Below are positions 37,836 through 52,088 of a DNA stretch of 64,000 bases, in pieces. The stretch covers positions 54,064,001 to 54,128,000 of the forward strand of contig OX597827.1 of NCBI GenBank assembly GCA_951406725.2, read 5' to 3'. Made by a program: the position numbers and the translations under genes. A model generated the notes under the pieces. The model did no database searches. It saw only the letters and a list, made by a program, of their open reading frames with translations, and was not told the DNA's origin. Position 1 is the first letter of the stretch. Every line of letters starts with the position of its first letter. The stretch comes from Octopus vulgaris. Taxonomy: Eukaryota.

Positions 37836-38989
37836 TGAGGGTGAGAAATCTATAGAATCAACTTCACTATACAAGTGATATAGCAAAGCCAATTCAGTTG
37901 ACTTTATGTCCTCAACAACTCTCCAACATAACTAGGCTTTGTCATAAGTCATAGAACAAAAACGAGATTCTTCCCTTATAAAAATGAATTTTAAAAATAT
38001 GAGAGATTTTCATTAGTAGAGTTAATCAAAAGCAAGCTATATATAAACATTGCCTGAATTATTTTTAAAAAGCAGATGGTGTGCAGGTTTTAGGGTTAGA
38101 AATTACTCTTTGTTCTGAAAAATCAGTTATGTGTCATGAGTCAGAGGGAAACTGAGTTAGTGGTAGCCCAGAGATTTTAAGAATATCTTTCAATAAAATT
38201 GTGTTTTTGTTATTTGCGGGAGGGTGAAGAAAGAAACCTGATAAATTTCTGTGTTGCTTTTCTTTTTTATGTTAACCGATAATGAAGTTCTAAGTTGGTA
38301 TTGATTATATAATCAAAATATCTGGTTTTTAATAAAAAAAATTATGTTGTCAATATAATTTCAAGAATACATTAACAAAAGCAAAGTAAATATATATCAT
38401 TATATATATATGCAAGAGCTAACACAGTCAGCATTTCTGAATATTTAGCTAATAAAACTCTGGATTATGTGTTAGTCTATCACAAAAATCTTTACTGAAA
38501 AGCTGGTACTTATTAACTAAATAGGTAAATGAAGGAAAATAAAATTGTCTTTGACCAGAGACATAATAAACCACTTACAGTAGGATATAAATCTCTTGAT
38601 CTGACCATTTTAATTCTAATTCTAACTTTGTTTCTGTTCCTTATTTCTTAATACATTTTGATAATGACGATGAACTGGTGTTCTCTGCATCCAACTCATT
38701 CCTTATCTTTAACCATCTGTCACACTGTTTTCACTATGCACACTTATCTACACATTCACATTTTCTGCTTCTCTGTTGTATTCTGTCATATTTTCCTTAT
38801 CATATTCACATCTCTGTTTGTCTCTGTCTGTCTTCCCCTTCTTCCATCCCTCCCTCTCCAGATGGGCAAGTCATGTATTCACTGCTTCAACAAGACACCT
38901 GCTCTTGTCACTCTATTCTAGTTTCTTATCTCTCAGTTCTATACCCAACTCAGTTGAGGGGGTCTTGTCTGGCAGGTACTTGGTGACCT

Positions 38990-39156
38990 CACCAGTGCTG
39001 ATGCTATATTAAAAAATACTACGAATACACTCCATAAAGGGCATCCAGCTGTAGAAACCATGCCAAACTTAGTGCAGACCTCTGGCTCATCTGTTCATGT
39101 CAAACCATAAAAACCTATGCCAGCATGAAAAAACAGTGTTAAATGATGATAGTGAT
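38990..39156 (+). mobile_element. Solo RTE 3' tail
   Basis: AAGGGCATCCAGCTGTAGAAACCATGCCAAA...ATGCCAGCATGAAAAAACAGTGTTAAATGATGAT. Confidence 0.75.
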
Positions 39157-39866
39157 ATGGGAGATGAAACAGATGTATTTCCCAGCATTTGCTTTATGTG
39201 AAGTGGTGCAAAATTTTCTTTGGCCTATTTTTCCTGTTAATTCAGGTAGGTGCACCAAAACTGCCTTTGAAACTGGAGACTAAGAAACCTTGCTACATAC
39301 AACCTGCAGTACCTGAGTTCTGAGACACATTTGACACTCATGGCTTAACAAAGAATGATAGGTGAAGGAAAATTTTGTGCTCCTTGTGCATTTTGCTACA
39401 ACTGATTCAGCTGCAGATAAGCAGTGGTACTTATGTGATAGACACAATAACCTAGCTCATAAATATACTAGAATCTAGCCTCTTAATCTGTGAACTGAAT
39501 GCACACACATACAAGTACACGTAAGCATACACACACACCATAAACAACAAAATACTTAAGGCCTGTATCCAAAGAAACTATATCAAGATGACATAGGAAA
39601 ATTTGGACATACTTGTCGTCAGTGATTATGAGGAAGAGCAAGATATGGAAGTCTTATTATGAACAGTTGTTGGAAGAGTATGAATACACCATAGACAACC
39701 CAACTCTCAAGTGTTTAAGCATGTCTATGTACATTGTACTGAAAACTGACAAACAGTTTTGATAATGTTTGACTTATTTGTGAATAGAAGATTTACAACA
39801 TTAGGAATATATTCATTTTGGCTAGGCATGAGGCTACTATGAATAAACACTATTCTTTTATTGTCT

Positions 39867-39905
39867 ACTAGCAGATATACCCAGCATTGCTCGGGATTAA
39901 AATGA
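39867..39905 (-). mobile_element. Helitron-like 3' terminus
   Basis: Minus strand reads CCCGAGCAATGCTGGG (hairpin)-TATATCTG-CTAG|T; a SINE follows immediately on the element's interior side. Confidence 0.6.
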
Positions 39906-39920
39906 CATAGTTTTTTATTG

Positions 39921-40200
39921 TTTTACTTGTTTCGTTCATGTGACTGTGGCCATGCTGGAGCATTGCCTTTAGTCGAACAAATCGAGCCCAAGATTCATTA
40001 TTTGTAAGCCTTGTATTTATTCTATCAGTGTCTTTTGCTGAACTGTTAAGTTACAGGGACGTAAACACAGCAACATCAGTTGTCAAGTGATGGTGGGGAT
40101 ACAAACTCAGACACACACACATAAATATACACATATATACAACAGTGTTCTTTCAGTTGCCTTGTATGAAATCCACTCACAAGGTTTTGGTCAGCCTGAG
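39921..40200 (-). mobile_element. SINE family A, 5'-truncated
   Basis: TTTTACTTGTTTC...GACTGTGGCCATGCTGGAGCATTGCCTTTAGTCGA...AAATCCACTCACAAGGTTTTGGTCAGCCTGAG. Confidence 0.85.
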
Positions 40201-41210
40201 AATATATATATATATATAGTAGAATAATAAAAAAGTTCTTGGTACAGTATAATATATTTAAAAAAGGAGTAGAGATTGCTTTAGGGGGTATAATTTTTAT
40301 TTTAATGATATTGTTTATAGTTACTCTGAGTTTCGAGCTTTTCAACAGCTGTTTTTTTTTTTTCACTTTAAAGGTAAATGATTCTGATAGAAGCAACTTT
40401 GCTGTCAATTCATTGGATTAATCCCAACAAAACATTACAAGTTTAGTCACTGGCTCAGCACCTATGTTTGTGTTCTTCATTCCAAAATAATAAAAACTTT
40501 AACATACTTCCAAAATGGGACTTCATCCATGTGTATCTGCATGCATATATGTGCATATGTGTGTAAGTGGGGTTAGGGGTGCGCAAGAAAAATATTTATG
40601 GAAATGCACTCATAAAATTTCTATTAAAATAAGTTGACTTTATATGCCATGCTTGCAATTCTCCATATAAATGATAGCAAAGTGTGTATCAAATGAAATT
40701 AAAATCCTGGTTCAATGACAGATCAATCAAGTTACTAAAGTTTTAACATTGTTGGTTAACAACATATTCTCTCTTTTAATTGAATATTGAAAAAGAGAGA
40801 AAATGCAAAGGAAATTAATTTTGGCAGTAACGACTAAACCTCTTGATTCGTTATCTCAATTAAAAACAATTCAGAGGTGTAACATTGTACAAGTTCAGAG
40901 GTGTAACATTGCACCAGTTTATTTCCATAAATATTTTTCTTGTGCACCCACACAGCCCATCCCACACACACATGCACATACAAAGGATTTTAATGTATAT
41001 AGATTATGTTGTAGGTCATAAATATTGAAAGCAAATTTGTCTTTAGCAGGACAATGATACACTTGATTAGGTAATGTTATGCATTGAGGCTCACCCAAAC
41101 AAACTCTACTTCTAAATTAATAAATAATATAACAACAGCATTAACAACTTCAACAATCTCTAACTTTAGCACAAAGGCTACATATTTAGGAATGAGGGTG
41201 TAGTTTAATC

Positions 41211-41788
41211 CAGTAGTTCTCAACGGGGTTCTGTATGCTCCCTGTGGGTCCATATAAGATTTTTGTGAGTCCACGCAACATTAGTAAATTGGAGATTCAC
41301 TATAGTATTTTAAGGGCCCTTGAAAAAATTTTGCTTTAGATGTATATATTAGAATATATTGCAAGAAACAGCTAGGCTTATTTCTCTAACATTTTACATA
41401 GTTCAACCTATACAGGGTTGGCCAAAAGTCACCTGATAGTAAATCAAAATCATTTAATTCCAAGATTTATTTACGTTTAACAACTGAATGAATTTAATAA
41501 AAGCATCTAAATATGAAACATCATGAAAAATATTCATCATGAAAATGTTCAAACTGAAGTCCTTCTTGAGCAACACAGTTATCCTTTTGAGTCAATACAG
41601 AATTACAGATAGTGTTTATGGAATTTTGACTTGTCGAGTGACTTTTGGCCAACTATATATTAGTTCATGTGTGAAAAACAAAATAGAAATTTTGAAAGAA
41701 GTTTCTATAGAATATTGAATGGGATCCACTAAAATAAAATTGTAACCAAAGGGGTCTGTAGATAAAAAAAAAATGGTTGAGAACCCTA
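41211..41788. mobile_element. hAT (Charlie-like) MITE interrupted by a Tc1/mariner MITE
   Basis: TIRs CAGTAGTTCTCAAC / GGTTGAGAACCCTA; subterminal GGGGT(C/T) motifs at both ends. Confidence 0.65.
41413..41657. mobile_element. Tc1/mariner-type MITE
   Basis: TIRs CAGGGTTGGCCAAAAGTCAC / GTGACTTTTGGCCAAC(TATA), with a 16-bp perfect core; TA on both flanks. Confidence 0.8.
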
Positions 41789-41813
41789 CAAAAGCAAAGT
41801 GAGATTTGAACTA

Positions 41814-42230
41814 GGTGCAGGAGTGGCTGTGTGGTAAGTAGCTTGCTTACCAACCACATGGTTCCGAGTTCAGTCTCACTGCGTGGTACCTTGGGTAAGT
41901 GTCTTCTACTGTAGCCTCGGGCTGACCAAAGCCTTGTGAGTAGATTTAGTAGATGGAACTGAAAGAAGCCCATCGTATATATATATAAATATATATATAC
42001 ATGTGTGTATGTATATGTTTGTGTAACTGTGTTTGTCCCCCCAACATCGCTTTATAACTGATGCTGGTGTGTTTACGTCCCCGTAACTTAGCGGTTCGGC
42101 AAGAGAGACCGGTAGAATAAGTACTTAGCTTACAAAGAACAAGTCTTGGGGTCAATTTACTCGACTAAAGGCAGTGCTCCAGCATGGCTGCAGTCAAATG
42201 ACTGAAACAAATAAAAGAATAAAAGAAAGA
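41814..42230 (+). mobile_element. SINE family A, best-preserved full-length copy
   Basis: Complete head, CORE-like segment, internal microsatellite and TAAAAGAA-type tail; retains many CpGs lost in other copies. Confidence 0.92.
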
Positions 42231-45200
42231 AAAAGGTTAAACTAATAATAACAAGAAAGGTATATAGAAGATGCACATAGCTTAATATTTCTTGGGGTTA
42301 TAATGTTCTTATTTTCCTAAAGGCAATAGTGAGGTTATGAGAAAGAAATTGTTCCATCAGGGAATTGCAACTCTAGATTACAAGCTCTGTTTACTGAGAA
42401 TTTAATTCTGATTACCATTCTGTCCAAAAATATTGATACTTCATTTTCATACAGCTTGTTCTTTTAACCAGTGCATGTACTGCTATTCAAATTACTCCTC
42501 TTATATGTTATAATTTAATCTCTTGTTGATTGCATTATTATTACTATAACATTGAAGAAAATGTCTTGCAGAATTTCTCCTTGTTCTCTGTGTTTTGAGT
42601 TCAGTTCACACTAAGGTCGTCTTTGCTTTTCTTTCTTCCCAGTCAACCACTGGAGTTCATTTAGTTGACTTAGATGTTGCCCTCAATCTATCATATTTTG
42701 AGCCTTGCACCTATATCAAAAATTGTTGTTTAGCACCAGGTGAGCTCCAGATTAGTAGACTAGTAATTAAAGGTGTTCCACTCATGACTGCTGCTTATTT
42801 TCATAAATAGTATATATAGTATGTTTCTTTATCTTAAGATGATATGGAATGGGTGAAGAGAAATTTGGGTGCCGTTTCTAGCAGATCAAGAGACTACATA
42901 AATGTTTGATCATTAACACACTCTATGTCTTTTCTGTTGCTTTCATGGATTCCCATGACTCTTTTGCCATCCAGTTCCATTATTTGAATTGGGAGCTTAA
43001 ATCATAGTGAATCTTTCATTAGCTGATTACACTACCAAGGATGCCACTCCTATGGATGTGTTGCAGCTACTCTCTTGATAGAGCTTGGTGATCCTGACTG
43101 TTGATCTTCCTCTACTAAGCATCAATGTAAGAATCACCATTGGCTCAGTTGAGCTCTTCTGCTACCACTTCACAATTTGCCATGACCTCACCAGATCCCT
43201 GTCAGTGTGGCCAAATGGTTGCTACGCCTTCTAAAAGGGTAGCCCGTAACTAAGCAGGGTACAGTTGTCATTCCATGAGGTATTTTCAAATACCTGTATA
43301 CATTCTACTTACATTGGTATCTAATTAATACATTATCTTTGGTACATTCCTATATCTAAGTCATTAACGTGTTTCATTATTTAAATTTAAATTCTTACAC
43401 ATTCCTTTGAAATTAATTTTCCTTTTGTTTCATCCACATTGCTTTAAATGTTATTTATCTATTTTTTTTTGGTTTTTTTTTAAGGTATAGTCACTAGCAA
43501 CAAACACCACAGAGTAGACACTGTCAAACATCATAATCATTCCTATGAAATTGTTCAACCACAAATTTACCACAAAGGACATTTAATTAAAAATACTTTT
43601 AATGAGGTAAGTTGATTATTATAAATTTATCTCTTTATTTTTTAAAATACATTCATTTTCTTTTAAATACCATTTGTTTTATCTGCTATTTGACACTTAA
43701 GTATGACATATCAACTAACTTGTTAAACTCCCCTTAATCAGTTAGCCGTCAATGCGTTATTAGCACAATTAATTTCAATGAAAAGGCTAGCCATCCAAGG
43801 CAAAGTTTTGATGGACTATTGGATATTTATTAGGGTTGTGTGTTGTTCCCATATAAAACCAATTCACCATAGTAGCTTTTCAATCTGTTGCTGCTTGTGT
43901 TGACTGCCATTTCTAGCATTGAAAATCATCAGTAGTTGTTAAGGGTGTGTGTATATGTGCCAATGTTGCTGGACTGCATCATTGGTTGGTTAACAGAAAA
44001 CTTTGTATAGTAATTTCACAACACTAAGCAAACATTTGAAAATAGATTTATTGCACTGCATTAGTATGAAAGATGTTCATGCATTACAATTAACATATAA
44101 AAGCAGTAAGATGAAAATTGCGTAATACAACATGCAAGGAAAAATGTCTGTTCAAAGTGTAATGCTAGGGTGGTTTCAACATGATGCATATATACAGGTG
44201 TGGTATCGTGTCTGTCTTGTGATTGCATATAGTCATTGGAGTGACTGGCAAAGGAATGTGTGTTGGTAACATGCTTAAGAACACAAAGGAATGGTGAGAG
44301 TGGAGAACATCATGCCCACTTTGATATCTGCAACACTCTGCAAATTTGGCACCTTTTATGACTGTATTTATAGACTGTGCTTATGGAAAGTTCAAGATGA
44401 GCTAAAGAACTATCACATGAACAACAGCCACTGATTGGACAGAAACTTGGTTGCACACATGATCAAACTACAGTCGAATTATGATTTGAAATTTGTATGT
44501 GGCAAACATGAGTTCTAATCCTGATAAACATCTTTAGAGAAAGGTGCAAGTAATATTTTTGTTACCTTCCCCAAATTCATGCTAGCAAATAAAACACTAC
44601 AGTATGTATGTTACAGTAGTACCAATAGTTACTGTTATTGAATAAGCCCCCAGGTCAGCCCCAATTGAGCAAGCCTATTGTCAAAAAGGTTCTATCTACG
44701 ACCATCTTATGACATTAACTAATGTATCTGTGATTGAAAAGAGGATTCAACAGCTATTTCTTGTATATCAAGCAAGTACTTAGAACACCCATGGGCAGCC
44801 TGTGGCCCACAGAACTTTCTCAGTTGTACGCCTTCTGAAAAATTACCTTGAAATTTTTTTAGTAGTGTGGCCTGCCTAAATATGAGGCATGTCTCATGTG
44901 GCCCACTTCTCACAAAAGACCTTTTTTTCTTTCTTTTTGTTTGTATTTTGTTGTAAATTTGGATGTTTGCATAGGACATGCCAAAACAGATAATACCCAT
45001 TCCAACGATAATATAATAGCCATTACGTGTTTTTAATTGTTGAATCCAAGTATGATATGTTGTTAGTTATTGGTCATCAAATATTTTGTCAGAATGGTTA
45101 TAAGGAGTGAATAAAATTTGTTTGTGTAGAGTTTGAAAAGCCAGATTAGTTAGTGTAAGCTAGTGTTGTTGTCATTTGTGGTCATATGAAGTGTGGCTGA

Positions 45201-46935
45201 TAATAATAATACATAATATTCTTATTTGAGAGAGCAGAAACAGTGGTAAGAAACAGAAATAACTGCAAAAAGGTTTACTGAAGTAGAGTAAACTTAACAA
45301 TAGAATAAATAGAACAGATAATGGGAGGGAAGATACAGTATGACAAAGGGCCAGTATTTGAAGATAAGTTTCAATAGTGATAATAGTTTTGCTTGCAGCT
45401 GAGCCTTGAATAAGCATATAGATGCTCAATGGATTATATTCATTTATATGTCTTTTTGGTTTTTGGCTTAAATAAAATGATTTGGAGATTTGGTAACAAT
45501 TTGGTGGGTTCTTTGTTGACTCTTAATAATTTATAGTAACTGGGCAAGGATGGATAATGCTTAATTATCAGGCTATTGGCATTTCACTGAATTGTCTCTA
45601 AAATTAAGAAGTGAATATATCTGTCTGTCTTGTCATTGTTTTAATGTCCACTTTTGCATGGACGGAATTTGTTGAGGCAGATTTTCTATGGCCTCATGCC
45701 CTTCCATTCATTAACCCTCACCTATTTCTAAGTAAGATGATATCCTGCATGACTGAACATTTTTACAGAAGATTGGAAATGAAAGACACTGCTTGCATAA
45801 TGGTGATACTCATTTATGGCTATCATGCGATGTCAAAGAGGCACTAGCACACACATATATGTGTAAATATATATATATACACACACATGCATGTGTATGT
45901 ATGTGCCTTGCTTGGTGGTACATCATCACAGATTTTACAGGAGTTAGGTATATAACTTTGTAGTCAGAACACTAGTTGAATTCAAAGACCTGAAACTAAG
46001 GGTCACTCTTGCAATAGCATTTGTGATAGAAAATTCCACTAAAAGTTGTTTTTGTACCAGTTGATCATCACTTGTAATATGTGTGTATAAACTGTGAATC
46101 ATAGGCATACATTCAATAAGCATAGAATCAACTTTGCTGTCTAAACAAGACTTGTGATTTCATCAGGAGCTCTATTTCCTGTAGAACAATACACACTCAC
46201 TTTAATTGAATGTTTACTGACATCACAGACACATCATTGTCATTGTAACATTACAAAGACAGGATTTCCTATTTGAGAAATAGGAAATTTTGAACATTTC
46301 TAACACTTGAATCCTGTAAACTTACCTAAAAGTCTACACCCATCAGAGACAAAAAACAAAAAAATGCTAATCAATAAATCCTGTTCAGTCTGCTACTTGG
46401 GTTTTCATATAACCCAGTCATTTGGTGATTCAGTGACCCTGTATAAATGTCTGTTGCATAGTATAATTTTTACCTATACCTGTAGGCATATATAAGTGTA
46501 CAAGGTTGGTATGTTTGTAGACAATTCAGTTGCAATGTATAAACATCAAAAATAATATCCATTTCTTTGCAGAGCATAGTTTCAATCTGCAGACCAGGAT
46601 TATGATCCCATCATATTTCCATTGAGTCATTCTACTCAACAAGTGACTAAGAAAATAATATATAATGCATTAGGTGTTCTATTGTCTGTTCTGAGTTACT
46701 TTACTTCTATTACATCATCCATCCTATGTTATTTATTTATTTATTTATTTCTCTGCATTGAACAATGTCACATGTACAAAATATAGCCACTACACAATAC
46801 ATGTTGCATATTAATTTACATTCTAAAAGGTGACATTTCACTCTACTGATACTCTGTTAGTCACATTTGACAAACTACATGCATAGATCTATGCATTGCA
46901 AAATTTTTCTGGGCATCTCTTCATTTAGTATTCTC

Positions 46936-47871
46936 CAGGGCCAGCCTTAGGAGGTATGGGGCCTAGTTAGGTAATGAAGAATTTCCAAGGGTCCACCTTA
47001 CCCCCACACTCCTCTAATTTCCATGGAAAAAATCATTTGTAGCATATTATGAGATAAGATTAGTTGATAGCACAAGAAAAAAATAAAACAAGGCAAAAAC
47101 ATTATTTCCCACCAAAATTGAGTTCCATGTTAAACTATAAATTTACTGAAAATTTTCACCATCACGAAGTGAAACTACATCTAAACTATGTTTTTTAAAA
47201 ATATTCTGGAAAAAAATTGGAAAAAAATTTTTACAAGATCACAAAGAAACTTTTATCTGCTGCATGATGTTACACTAAAAAAGGTATACATAAAAAGCAA
47301 AGTAGTAATTAGAATTTTTTGGAAGTTGGTCACATACTTATATTTTTTCTATAACCTCTGTTGTAGAAAACACAGTCCTGTCTGTGTGGCAAGAAGACTG
47401 TTTCTCAGCTTCATGGTTCTACTGTGTGACACCAAATGTATCCTATTATATCCCCATGTGTGTTTGTGCTTGTCCAAAAACCTGAATGAATGTCATTGCA
47501 AAGAGATTTTCTCTTTTGAACAAGAAATTTTTCTCACCTCTCCATCTCTCTCTCACTACATATACACATGCAGGTGCATATGTGTATGTATACATTTCAC
47601 CACACACTAAAAAATACATATATGTACGATCATACACATACAAACATAAACATACGTACACATACATTCACACAAATACAAAGGCCTCAAACAAACCAAA
47701 ACCACTATGAAAAATAATTGAACTTTTAACCTTTGTTTAACCATGTCTCTTTGACAGAAATTCCTGTGGCCAAAGTACTGAGCAATGAATTCTTTTAAGC
47801 ACACACATTTAGCCTTTTGCTTCTATCATTTTTGTTTTGTTTTTTGCTTTCTTTAATACACATACACACAT

Positions 47872-47907
<36 letters not shown>

Positions 47908-48401
47908 GTATTTATATATACATACACACACACACGTATACACGTACATGCACAACCATACGTACACTATTTTTTCTATAGTTTCAGCTCAGAGCTGCAG
48001 CCATGCTGATGCACCACTGTTAGCTGTGGCCATGCTGATGCAACAATTCACCATACACTGAAGCAACCACATAGGTACTCTCTCTCACACACAAATATTT
48101 TACCCAAACATGCCCATAAACACTTCCAAACATTCTCATACATGCATACACACAATTGACTTTTACACTAAAAATATAAACACGGCTGACCCAAGCAACT
48201 TTGGATGAATGGGTTTATCTTTTGGTATCTTGTGTTGCTAAAGTGTAGAAAATATGTTTTTTGTAAAGGAGCATTTTTATGTAGATTTTTTTTTTACTTC
48301 TGGGAGAACACCTTCATGAAATGTTGTATAGGATGTGGCCTCCTTGAGTGTGTGGGACCCTATTGGGAGCAATTGGTCCAGTCAGCTTAAGGCCAGCCCT
48401 G
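46936..48401. mobile_element. Non-autonomous hAT DNA transposon with perfect 8-bp TSD
   Basis: TIRs CAGGGCCAGCCTTAGG / CTTAAGGCCAGCCCTG; TSD GTATTCTC at 46928-46935 and 48402-48409; no transposase ORF inside. Confidence 0.88.
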
Positions 48402-49422
48402 GTATTCTCAAATCAGCTAGAAGCTAATCAGTTCTATGTTTTCCCGTTGTTATATAGCAAGCAAACTTGCTAGTATAAATATTGTTGAGAAATAAGATGC
48501 AAAATGTGATAGATTAGTTCACAATCATTATCATTCCCCAAAACTGGCTCAACAAAAGGCTATATTCCCTTACTTCTTCTTCTGTTACTCCTCAACCTCT
48601 GTTTCGCAATTTCTAACAATAGGAATTCTAACTACAAACTAATTGTACTGGTATAGTGATGAACAGCCTTAAAACATCATTACTAAAACAGTGTCTACCT
48701 GGAATTTCTACTCTTCATCTATTTACAACTATTCAGTAGTAAAATTAATACTAGCATACTAAATGTTGTGAGCTGAAAAATTTTGATTAATTAAAGTCAT
48801 TCCCATGGTGAGAAAAAACAAAAACCATTAGCTTGATTATGTAGTCAATAAATGCAATGGAGATAACTCCGAAATTTAAATTAAAAGTAATTGAAAAATA
48901 GAATGTACATTTGCAGTGGGGAATGGGTCTAGTCATACAGTAGTGCTAATAAATATATTCTTATCATGTTTACTACTATTTTAGACTATTTAGAATGTAT
49001 ATGTTTGTGATAGTGTCAACAAAAGTTAAATCTGTTGATTGTATATGTTGTTCAAGAGAAGAGAGGATGTTGTGTTGATGTTTTATTTCCACATATTTCA
49101 GTGCTTGTGTGTTTGTTGATTTACATTAAACTGCTAAGACCTTTACACTCAGTGGTGTGCTAGCATGAACATGAGTTTGCATGCAAAGAAATCAGAAAGT
49201 AATGCAAATTGGTAATATTGGTGTAGAAGTATATGTAGTTGAAGGGTGGTGGTGAGTGTGTACATCATTAATAAGCTTCCTATTAGTTTCTTAATTTCTG
49301 TTGTGATTTACACAAAGATTTTAATTTCTGTTATATATAAAACTGATAGGTTAAAGAAGATACATAACTGTGCATCATCTTTGCTACAAGAAGTAGCATA
49401 GGTGAAACGAATTAACATTATA

Positions 49423-49587
49423 GGTGCAGATGTGGCTGTGTGGTAAAAAGCTTGCTTCCCAACCACATGGTTCCAAGTTTGGTCCCACTGCATGGTACCT
49501 TGGGCAAGTGTCTTCCAATATAGCCTCAGGCTGCCCAAGCTTTGTTGGTAGATTTAGTAGATGAAAACTGAAAGAAGTCTGTTGTAT

Positions 49588-49624
<37 letters not shown>

Positions 49625-49857
49625 CAAGACACAGCTATGTGTGTCTTTCTGTCTGTTTGTCCCTCGCCATCACTTAACAACTGATATCATGTTTATGTCC
49701 CTGTAACTTAGCAGTTTGGCAAGAGAGTCTGATAAAGTACCAGGTTTAAAAAAATAAGTACTGGGGTTGATTCATTCGACCAAAAATTCTTCCAGGTGGT
49801 GCTCCATCATGGCCATAGTCTGATGACCAAAACAAGTAAAAGATAGAAGATAAAAGA
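49423..49857 (+). mobile_element. SINE family A, full length
   Basis: GGTGCAGATGTGGCTGTGTGGTAA...ACCTTGGGCAAGTGTCTTC...(CA)n(TA)n...AAACAAGTAAAAGATAGAAGATAAAAG. Confidence 0.88.
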
Positions 49858-51843
49858 TTTGCTTTAAGAAGTAATATCTGTAATGTCTGTATTTTATATA
49901 GTTGCTTACAAGATTAATCCATCTCAATATCTCATTAGATATTACAGATGCATTTTTTTTTAATGAGGTTAAATCTATAAATTTGAATCAAAGTATTTTA
50001 ACTCAGTGTTTATTGTCTGACCCAATATTTGTAGTCTGGTGCAGAATTTCACCTGCAGGAATAGAGTGAAATTGATTAAGATTTTCTTCCTCTTTCATTT
50101 TCTATCCTTTCATTCTCCTCTCTCATACAAACATTCTCTCTCTTTCATTCTCCTCTCTCATACAAACATACACACAATAATAAATTTTAAAAGTAATTTA
50201 TGACAGTTCAATTAAAAATATTCAATACAGCTTTTAGATTTAAATACGTTTGCATGTTTGTCATTGTCAACGTCATCATAATCATCCTCACCAAATATAT
50301 TGAGACACACATAAATACATTTACTCTGTCGTTAGTTGTAAAACATCACTATCTTTAAATATTAAATTATCCAACGACAATACCAACATTAGAAAGCTAA
50401 GTAGAATTATATTTTAATTAGAAATTGCAATAATTCACTGACAGTTTATGAACTTCTGATTTTTGTGTTTTGCATGCTAACATCTGATACTTTAGTCTAT
50501 AGATATAAATTATAACTAATTCATTCATTTTCATTTGTGTTTGTCTGTTTTACAATATTATTATGAGTTATTGAGGCATTGTTTTACAGTTGATACTCTT
50601 CTTGTCATTAATCCTTGTTTCTTTTTCTAAGTAAGGGATCTATTATGTCACATATCTTCAAAGACTCAAAGTGAATAATTTGTTGACAGGAGAAATAATA
50701 TCAACACTTGCAACTCGTGGTTTATAGAGTAGTACAAATGTTAGCATATACATGTGTGCATGCACACAGACACACGGTTTTGAGTTTCCTTCTATCAAAT
50801 CCACTCAGAACACATTAAGACACTTGCCATGGTGTTGCAAAGTGGGGCTGAACTGAAAACCATGTTGCTAGGGAATAAACTTTTTGTAGCCAGATACCCA
50901 TGCAAGTCCCAGACTAACTAAATCAATGTTTATAATTTACTTGCAAAACCTTTCTCTTTCAATGTTAATTCAGTTCTTGTAATTTTCCTTATTGACTTCA
51001 GTTGAATGAACTTTCCATAGAAAATAAAAAAACAAACACACACACCAAAAGAAACAAAAAAGCATTCTATTATTGAGTATGATAAAAATAAAATTAAGCA
51101 AAGGTGAGCTTGCAGCAAGCTCAGTCCATAACTCCATTTTTATAACTATTTGAAGCCATTGCACTTCACTTATCCCATTAATGGTTCTTAGAAACAGTAT
51201 CAAATGACTGTTGCACTATGCCTTGTTTTCCTTGTTTTAAAGCTGAAGCCTTGTGACAGTGTAATAAATCAGAATTATCAATGTGGAACTCTCTTAACAA
51301 CAAAGAAAACTTGCTCCAGTTTGAACTTACTTTAATAATTCAGTGTTATTTATTAATCGAATGTCTCTTAAATATATGCTTTAATGATGCAGGCATACAA
51401 AGTGGTCTTTGATACTGGAAAGAGCAGATTATGAAAGCATTATATAATGATTATAAACAAAAACTTGTAAATAGAACAGAAAATATCTTAAGGTGACACA
51501 ACTGAAGAGGCCAGCTATAAAAGTCAAATCAGAATATGTATTCATATATATATATAGAGAGAGGCAAACAGGAAGATAAAAAATGGTAAATACACTAAGG
51601 GTTTTGAGTTTCAACATAGAGTTGTTAAATTCCAACTTGAAATTTGATAGAAGTTGCTTATCTTTAGTATATATAGTAGCATATCAATATAAAACACAGT
51701 TGCATAGTTTGTTGCTTTTTTAAGAATACTTTTTTTTTCATATATATAATCAGAAAATTATTTCTGGTTTCTGTGACCCATGCAGGTCATGAAAATAGCT
51801 GTGTATATTGTATAAGTGCAAAAGCACTTATTCAGTATATTAA

Positions 51844-51846
<3 letters not shown>

Positions 51847-51895
<49 letters not shown>
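51847..51895. repeat. (TG)n microsatellite
   Basis: Uninterrupted TG run; other long microsatellites at ~4073-4108, 21675-21709, 22110-22138, 25922-25982, 33374-33404, 37454-37488, 58160-58220. Confidence 0.95.
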
Positions 51896-51896
<1 letters not shown>

Positions 51897-52088
51897 TTGT
51901 TAGGTCAGACATTTTTGAAACTTTAGCTGTAAGTTGGTCTAAACTCCTATTTCTAAAGTCAATATCCATGCACATATCTAAGTAAGAATTAAGAATCTTT
52001 TCACTAGTCCTTATTATGTCTATGACTGGATTTAAGAAACTTCTATCCACATTCACTTCTAATTCAATTGTTGTTGTCGGTCTTGTTA

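Noticed and set aside
41814-41890. tRNA-like A/B boxes as a tRNA gene
   Set aside because: It is the head of a multi-copy SINE and continues into the SINE body; I could not fold a full cloverleaf.
44165-44420. Possible mariner transposase remnant (WFQHDA..., HSANLAP)
   Set aside because: Too degenerate and no TIRs found.
47188-47610. 140-aa plus-strand ORF inside the hAT element
   Set aside because: No hAT transposase motifs; composition reflects AT-rich DNA and microsatellite.
50092-50169. Tandem duplication of ~27 bp (CTTTCATTCTCCTCTCTCATACAAACA)
   Set aside because: Ordinary slippage duplication in low-complexity DNA; a similar case occurs at 40870-40911.
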